The notes under the pieces: model-generated
What the model was told of the DNA's origin: nothing
Database searches by the model: none
The model's input: only the letters and a program-made list of their open reading frames with translations
Source of the DNA: a virus
Lineage: Duplodnaviria; Caudoviricetes
Direction: 5' to 3' (one strand)
Virus record (IMG/VR): IMGVR_UViG_3300025390_000031
Coordinates: 1-29,156 of that record
DNA: 29,156 nt
Part shown: positions 24,128-29,156 of the stretch, piece by piece
How positions within the stretch are numbered: position 1 is the stretch's first letter
Layout: each line of letters begins with the position of its first letter
Made by a program: the position numbers and the translations under genes

Positions 24128-24167
24128 GGACGTTCAAAAGGTAAAGTAATCTAAATTAAGGACACAA

Positions 24168-25307
24168 ATGGCAAAGCATTCAAGCATCGTCGGCGGCTCA
24201 ACCGCTAAACGAGTTATCAACTGCCCAGCATCAGTCGCTTTAGTAGCGAAGATGCCACCCAAGCCCTCCAGCAAGTATGCTGACGAAGGCACTCTCTGTC
24301 ATAACGTGATAGCAGAGATTCTTGAAAAAGACCTACGCCCCGAAGATACGATTGGCATGAAATATAAAACTCATGTTATGACTCAAGAACTATTGGAGCG
24401 TAAGATTTGGCCAGCTCTCATGCGTTTGAATGAAGTTGATCCTGACTTTCAGATGGAATACATGGTTGAGTCTGAGGTTGACTTTGGTGACTATATCGAA
24501 GGCGCGTTTGGATCAGCAGACTTGCTAGGTAAGACAGCCCGCAAAGCTATTGTGCTTGATTGGAAATTTGGAGATGGCGTAATAGTTGAAGCCGAAGAAA
24601 ACGATCAGGCCATGTTCTATGCTTGCGCTGCCATGCGTACCCCTAAGTGCCAATGGATTTTTGATGATGTCGATGAAGTCGAAGTCATTATTATTCAGCC
24701 GCCTGAAATCCGTCGTTGGACAACTACCATTGATCGCCTCAAGCAATTCGAGCGTGAGCTGCGAGTTGCTGTCAAAGAATCCCAAAAGCCTGACGCACCG
24801 ATGGCTTCTGGTAGCCATTGCCGTTGGTGTGCAGCCAAGCCTACTTGCCCGCTGATGACCGGCGCAGTAGATCGGGCTACGCAGCTTGCCCTAAAAGACT
24901 TAGAGCCGTCAAAGATTGCTCATTACTTAGCCCAAGCCGATGTGATCGAGCAATGGGTCACTGATTTACGCTCATTAGCTCATCAGATGCTAGAGGCTGA
25001 CATTCGTGTACCGGGCTACAAGCTGGTGGCAAAGCGCGCTACACGCCAATGGTCTGATGCAGCATTAGCTAATGGTGAATCTTTGCTCAATTACACATTG
25101 GGGTTAGGCAGCGATGTTTTATACACTAAAAAAATTATTTCTCCTGCACAAGCTGAAAAGCTGTTGAAGGCAAAGAAAAAAGAATTACCGAAGGAGTTAG
25201 TTGTTGCTATCTCCTCTGGTAGTACGTTGGTTGAGGACTCTGATCCAAGGCCAGCGGTGTTACAAATCGGGCGGCAACTCAGCGCTGTCCTCTCTAAACT
25301 AAACTAA
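24168..25307 (+). CDS. Cas4-like PD-(D/E)XK exonuclease (DUF2800-like)
   Basis: HS...S...R...CP.S, A.EGT..H, FGSAD, VLDWKFG, Q...YA and CRWC.AK..C (Fe-S cysteines). Confidence 0.85.
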   Translation: MAKHSSIVGGSTAKRVINCPASVALVAKMPPKPSSKYADEGTLCHNVIAEILEKDLRPEDTIGMKYKTHVMTQELLERKIWPALMRLNEVDPDFQMEYMVESEVDFGDYIEGAFGSADLLGKTARKAIVLDWKFGDGVIVEAEENDQAMFYACAAMRTPKCQWIFDDVDEVEVIIIQPPEIRRWTTTIDRLKQFERELRVAVKESQKPDAPMASGSHCRWCAAKPTCPLMTGAVDRATQLALKDLEPSKIAHYLAQADVIEQWVTDLRSLAHQMLEADIRVPGYKLVAKRATRQWSDAALANGESLLNYTLGLGSDVLYTKKIISPAQAEKLLKAKKKELPKELVVAISSGSTLVEDSDPRPAVLQIGRQLSAVLSKLN

Positions 25308-25321
25308 AGTAAGGAAATATC

Positions 25322-25996
25322 ATGTCTAATTTGACAACATTTAAAGCGGCAGGTTTGCCAGCAGTTAAAGACTTAGCCGGTGCGCTCAAGGCTAATCTCC
25401 CTAAAGTAGCCGAAGCTGGCAGCGTCATCATTAAGATGGACAAAACCGGTCATTGGGTATTTGGCGCAGATCAAACCGAAGTAGAAGAAGGCTCTGAATG
25501 GGCGGTTAACCCATTCTCATTCGTGCATGGCTTTATCGCTTGGGGCGATGGCGATGTATTGGGCGAGAAGATGGTTGGCATTTCACAGCCATTGCCTGAA
25601 CTAGAGCCAGCTCCAGTTGGTGCTAAACGTGGTTGGGAAACCCAAGTTGGTTTGTCTATCAAGTGCGTATCTGGTGAAGATGAAGGAATGGAAGCTCGCT
25701 TTACAACTACTTCTGTAGGCGGTAAACGTGCTGTTCAAACTTTGGGCGCGTTGATCGCAGCTCAGATCGAGAAAGATCCTACTAAGCCTGTAGCTATCAT
25801 TACTTTGGGTAAAGAGCATTATTCCCACAAGTCTTATGGCCGTATCTATACACCAATCTTTGAAGTGATTGACTGGATGGATATGAATGCTGAAGAAAGT
25901 GCAAAAGCTCCTGAATTGGAATTGGAAGAACCTTCTATTGCTGAAGTAGAAGAAGCTCCAGCAGCTCCAGCCCGCCGCCGCCGCGCAGCAGTGTAA
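25322..25996 (+). CDS. Putative single-stranded DNA-binding protein
   Basis: Position between exonuclease and polymerase; aromatic/beta-rich core (Y.HK.YGRIY.P.F) and acidic tail. Confidence 0.6.
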   Translation: MSNLTTFKAAGLPAVKDLAGALKANLPKVAEAGSVIIKMDKTGHWVFGADQTEVEEGSEWAVNPFSFVHGFIAWGDGDVLGEKMVGISQPLPELEPAPVGAKRGWETQVGLSIKCVSGEDEGMEARFTTTSVGGKRAVQTLGALIAAQIEKDPTKPVAIITLGKEHYSHKSYGRIYTPIFEVIDWMDMNAEESAKAPELELEEPSIAEVEEAPAAPARRRRAAV

Positions 25997-26002
25997 CGAA
26001 TA

Positions 26003-26071
26003 GGGGTTAGGCTGACACTATTCAGCTCTATGGCTCGCAGAGATTTCAGACTAAAAAGACTGTCTAGCCCC
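26003..26071 (+). other. Structured intergenic RNA element upstream of the polymerase
   Basis: GGGGUUAGGC (26003-12) pairs fully with GUCUAGCCCC (26062-71) using two G-U pairs; inner stem CUCU/AGAG. Confidence 0.5.
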
Positions 26072-26079
26072 GCCTAATT

Positions 26080-28026
26080 ATGACTATTTTATACATTGAT
26101 TTTGAAACGCGTAGTCGCTGTAACCTCTTGACTGACGGTGTATATAACTACGCCCAAGATCCGAGTACGGAAGTGCTTTGTATGTCGTATGCGTTCAATG
26201 ATGAGGAAGTCAAGACTTGGCTGCCTCACGATGCTTTCCCAGAAGAAGTGCGCGAACATACTGGTTTAATCTACGCCCACAATGCTGCCTTTGAGCGTTT
26301 GATATTCTGGTATGTCTTACAGATTAACTTTAAGCTAGAGCAATTCTATTGCACCGCTACACAGGCCAGAGCCAATTGCGCTCCCGGCTCATTAGAGGAC
26401 GTAGGGCGCTTTGCTGGCGCATCTATGCGTAAGGATCACCGAGGCAGTCAATTGATCCGTCTGCTATCCATTCCACGCGCTGATGGCTCGTTTGGCACTG
26501 AACCTGAGCTGATGGCTGAGATGATTGCTTATTGCGAGCAAGATGTCAAAGTTATGCGATTGGTTAGCCAATCCATGCGCCCGCTGTCACCGGATGAGTT
26601 GCTCGATTACCATATCAATGAGAAGATTAACGACAGAGGCGTACTGGTTGATGTACGACTTGCAGAGGCCGCCTTGCGCTATGCCTCTACCGAGCTAGGC
26701 GAGATCGAGAACTTGGTAGATGAGATTACGCAGGGCGAGATCACTAGCGTTAGAAGTTCCAAGATGAAACAATGGGTGATGGCTCGCGTAGGCGAGGATG
26801 CCCTCAAATTGATGGAGAAATATAAAGATGGCGAGAAAAAATATAGTATTGATAAAACAGTCCGCGCCAACCTCCTTATCTTTGCTGATGAGAACCCAGA
26901 TCAAGTTCCCACCGATGTCGCAGACGTTATCCAATGTGCGGACGATCTCTGGGCGTCATCGGTTGCGAAGTTCAGCCGCCTTGCACAGCTTTCTGATGAG
27001 GAGGATCACCGAGTTCGCGGCGCGTTTGTCTTTGCTGGCGGGAGCGCCACAGGTCGCGCTTCCTCGTATGGAGCGCAAGTCCACAATTTCACTAGAAAAT
27101 GCGTTAAACAACCTGATCTTGTTAGAGCAGCAATGGTTGATGGAAAAAGCATTGTTCCAGAATTCGGAAAACGTGTCACCGATGTCCTCAAGGGGATGCT
27201 CAGACCTACACTGATACCAGCCAAGGGTAAATACCTAGTCGTAGCTGATTGGTCTGGCATTGAGGCGCGCTGCAATCCTTGGTTGTCAAATCAGCCTGAC
27301 GCTGATACTGTATTGGACGTATTCAGAAAGAATAGGGACATCTATGTTAGGGAAGCTGCGAGTATATTTAGCTGTTCAGAAGATGAAGTTACTGATAGCA
27401 AAAGACAGATTGGAAAGGTCGCTATCCTTTCATGTGGTTATGGTGGTGGCATTGGTGCTTTTGCTGCGATGGGTCGTAACTATGGAGTGGTACTTCCCGA
27501 ATCCGATGCTCGGCGTACCGTTAATGCGTGGCGTCGCGCAAACTCTTGGGCTGTAAGATATTGGCAAGATTTAGAAGAAGCCTATACCGCAGCTCTGCGT
27601 AATCCGGGCTACGAATTCTCTGCTGGCCGCATCGTTTATATGTATGACAGACAACATCTTTGGTACGCACTTCCGTCTGGAAGGGTGTTATGCTATCCCT
27701 ATGCCAAGCTCGACTCGGAGGGGGTTACTTACGCCAAAGCTGCGTGGAAACCGGCTGCCGACGCTACAGAATGGCCAAGGGCTAGACTATGGAAAGGCCT
27801 TGCGTGTGAGAACATTACTCAAGCTGTTGCTAATGATTTATTGCGTCATTCTTTACGCCAGTTGGATAATGTTGTTCTTCATGTCCACGATGAGATCGTG
27901 GTAGAAACTGATAGCCCAGATGAGATCATTAAAGAAATGACGGCGGTGATGTGTACGCCTCCAGATTGGTGTAAGGAGTTACCCTTAAATGTAGAAGTAA
28001 AAGCCATGCTTCGGTATGGGAAGTAG
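26080..28026 (+). CDS. Family A DNA polymerase with 3'-5' exonuclease
   Basis: ExoI DFET, ExoII HNAAFE, ExoIII YCEQD; motif A ADWSGIEAR, motif B RQIGK...L.CGYG, motif C HVHDE. Confidence 0.95.
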   Translation: MTILYIDFETRSRCNLLTDGVYNYAQDPSTEVLCMSYAFNDEEVKTWLPHDAFPEEVREHTGLIYAHNAAFERLIFWYVLQINFKLEQFYCTATQARANCAPGSLEDVGRFAGASMRKDHRGSQLIRLLSIPRADGSFGTEPELMAEMIAYCEQDVKVMRLVSQSMRPLSPDELLDYHINEKINDRGVLVDVRLAEAALRYASTELGEIENLVDEITQGEITSVRSSKMKQWVMARVGEDALKLMEKYKDGEKKYSIDKTVRANLLIFADENPDQVPTDVADVIQCADDLWASSVAKFSRLAQLSDEEDHRVRGAFVFAGGSATGRASSYGAQVHNFTRKCVKQPDLVRAAMVDGKSIVPEFGKRVTDVLKGMLRPTLIPAKGKYLVVADWSGIEARCNPWLSNQPDADTVLDVFRKNRDIYVREAASIFSCSEDEVTDSKRQIGKVAILSCGYGGGIGAFAAMGRNYGVVLPESDARRTVNAWRRANSWAVRYWQDLEEAYTAALRNPGYEFSAGRIVYMYDRQHLWYALPSGRVLCYPYAKLDSEGVTYAKAAWKPAADATEWPRARLWKGLACENITQAVANDLLRHSLRQLDNVVLHVHDEIVVETDSPDEIIKEMTAVMCTPPDWCKELPLNVEVKAMLRYGK

Positions 28027-28043
28027 TAAACTGATCGTCCAAT

Positions 28044-28083
28044 AAAAGCAAAAGGCCTGACCCCGATAAGAGCCAAGCCTTTT
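28044..28083 (-). terminator. Intrinsic terminator-like hairpin favoured on the minus strand
   Basis: Minus strand AAAAGGCUUGGCUC-UUAUCG-GGGUCAGGCCUUUU-GCUUUU: 14 pairs including three G-U, which are A-C mismatches on the plus strand. Confidence 0.6.
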
Positions 28084-28116
28084 TAATCAAAACAAACTAG
28101 AGGATTTGCATGACTG
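28044..28116 (-). ncRNA. Candidate ~70-nt antisense RNA covering the primase RBS and start
   Basis: Minus-strand extended -10 TGTTATACT at 28130-28122, followed ~40 nt later by the minus-strand terminator hairpin. Confidence 0.4.
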
Positions 28117-29156
28117 CGCTGAGTATAACAAATATTGAATTCGTTGAGTACCTCACTAAACTAGCCGCCCAAGGCGAAACCTTTATAATAGTGCGACAAA
28201 AGCCTGTTATGGTCGATGGCAATCAAGCCATGCACAATGACGGCACTTTGAAATACAGTTGGCCAGCGTTCTTGCCTGAGCGTTACAAGCCTACTGGAGC
28301 TTGGTATGGCAACACTGGCTCATTCATTATTGATCGCTTTCAAGACGGCAAAATCTCTGCTTCAGCCGCCAACTGCGAATTTGTTTTAGTGATGGTGTTA
28401 GATGACATCGGCACTAAATCTAAAATTCCTACCATTGAGCCTACATGGATCATGGAAACTTCCCCTGATAATTACCAGTGGGGCTATGTATTTGATTGCG
28501 AGGCCGCGCCAACCAAGGGTGAGTTCACTGCTGCGATCAAAGCGATTGCGGATGCTGGCTTTACTGATGGTGGGGCTATCAACGCAGTGCGTAACTTTCG
28601 CTTGCCCGGCTCAGTCAATCTCAAGCCCGGCAAAGAACATTTTGCTTCTAAGCTCATTGAGTTCCATCCAGAGCGCGAGTTTACCTTAGATCAAATTTGT
28701 GATGCGCTAGGCGTCAATCCAGAGGAGGCGGACACTGCCTCAGTGCGCTCAATCCATCTTAAAGACGATGGCGATGATGACATCTTGCAGTGGATTGATG
28801 ACAATGGAATGTTATTAGAAAACGCCAATCAGTCTGGTTGGTATGGCGTGGTTTGTCCTAATTCTAATGAGCATAGCGACGGCAATCCAATGGGTCGTTA
28901 CCATCCGGTCAATCGTGCCTACTGCTGCTACCATGAGCATTGCGCTGGCTTTGGCTCACGCGAGTATCTGGCGTGGGCTTTTGAAAATGGCGCTGCCAAG
29001 CATGAGCCGGGTGTTCGCCCAGAGCTATTGACCAATGCGTTCGTTAAAGCATTAGAAAAGATTACCCCATCCAAAATGTTTGAGCTGACACCTGAGAAGA
29101 TGCTGGCTGAAGTCGAGCGCAAGGAGCTTGGGCGCATAGAAAAGGAAGAATGGTAC
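28110..29156 (+). CDS. RepB-like DNA primase (likely primase-helicase), 3'-truncated by the window; not in ORF track
   Basis: RBS GAGGA and ATG 28110; the reading frame matches at the window end. MVLDDIGTK, PTWIMETSPDNYQWGY, RNFRLPGS.N.K, then CPN...H...C.HEHC (Zn-binding). Confidence 0.85.
   Translation, partial: MTALSITNIEFVEYLTKLAAQGETFIIVRQKPVMVDGNQAMHNDGTLKYSWPAFLPERYKPTGAWYGNTGSFIIDRFQDGKISASAANCEFVLVMVLDDIGTKSKIPTIEPTWIMETSPDNYQWGYVFDCEAAPTKGEFTAAIKAIADAGFTDGGAINAVRNFRLPGSVNLKPGKEHFASKLIEFHPEREFTLDQICDALGVNPEEADTASVRSIHLKDDGDDDILQWIDDNGMLLENANQSGWYGVVCPNSNEHSDGNPMGRYHPVNRAYCCYHEHCAGFGSREYLAWAFENGAAKHEPGVRPELLTNAFVKALEKITPSKMFELTPEKMLAEVERKELGRIEKEEWY

Noticed and set aside
24168-25307. 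Cas4 as evidence of a CRISPR system
   Set aside because: It is a stand-alone Cas4-like exonuclease in the usual exonuclease-SSB-PolA module, with no cas1/cas2 or array.
22617-28076. Nested ORFs inside the helicase, nuclease, SSB and polymerase genes; possible intein or intron
   Set aside because: The host genes are continuous with normal motif spacing, and the nested ORFs show no homing endonuclease or splicing motifs.
28402-29137. ORF-track entries 28402-28689, 28843-29031 and 28928-29137
   Set aside because: They are shadows of the primase frame starting at 28110, which the track missed because it has no stop in the window.

Overview
A 29 kb segment of a tailed dsDNA phage or prophage with a contractile tail, infecting a Gram-negative host (Rz/Rz1 spanins). 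No rRNA, tRNA, CRISPR, integrase or transposase was seen. Layout: (1) 1-5258 (+): end of a tail lysozyme-like gene, then baseplate genes (hub, HxH spike, wedge, baseplate J with an inserted E1-FCCH-like domain). (2) 5269-13253 (+): a rich fibre locus. Three paralogues share an N-terminal anchor, one being a 1204-aa protein with about 600 residues of Pro-free Gly-X-Ser repeats and a C1q/BclA-CTD-like domain; a beta-roll fibre with an S74 chaperone follows. (3) 13296-15990 (+): glycosyltransferase cassette (GT2-methyltransferase fusion, GT2, split GT9-like). (4) 16026-19491 (+): lysis genes, TraR/DksA-like protein, metallophosphoesterase and Ntn-hydrolase. (5) A ~320-bp non-coding block between convergent genes, packed with different palindromes and a 21/22-bp-period direct repeat. 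(6) 19809-24074 (-): small, mostly membrane ORFs, dATP/dGTP diphosphohydrolase, SNF2 helicase and VRR-NUC. (7) 24168-end (+): Cas4-like exonuclease, putative SSB, family A DNA polymerase and RepB-like primase, with a candidate antisense RNA over the primase start. Best leads for something new: a glycosylated Gly-X-Ser fibre system and the palindrome array. All family calls come from motif recognition by eye, not database searches.
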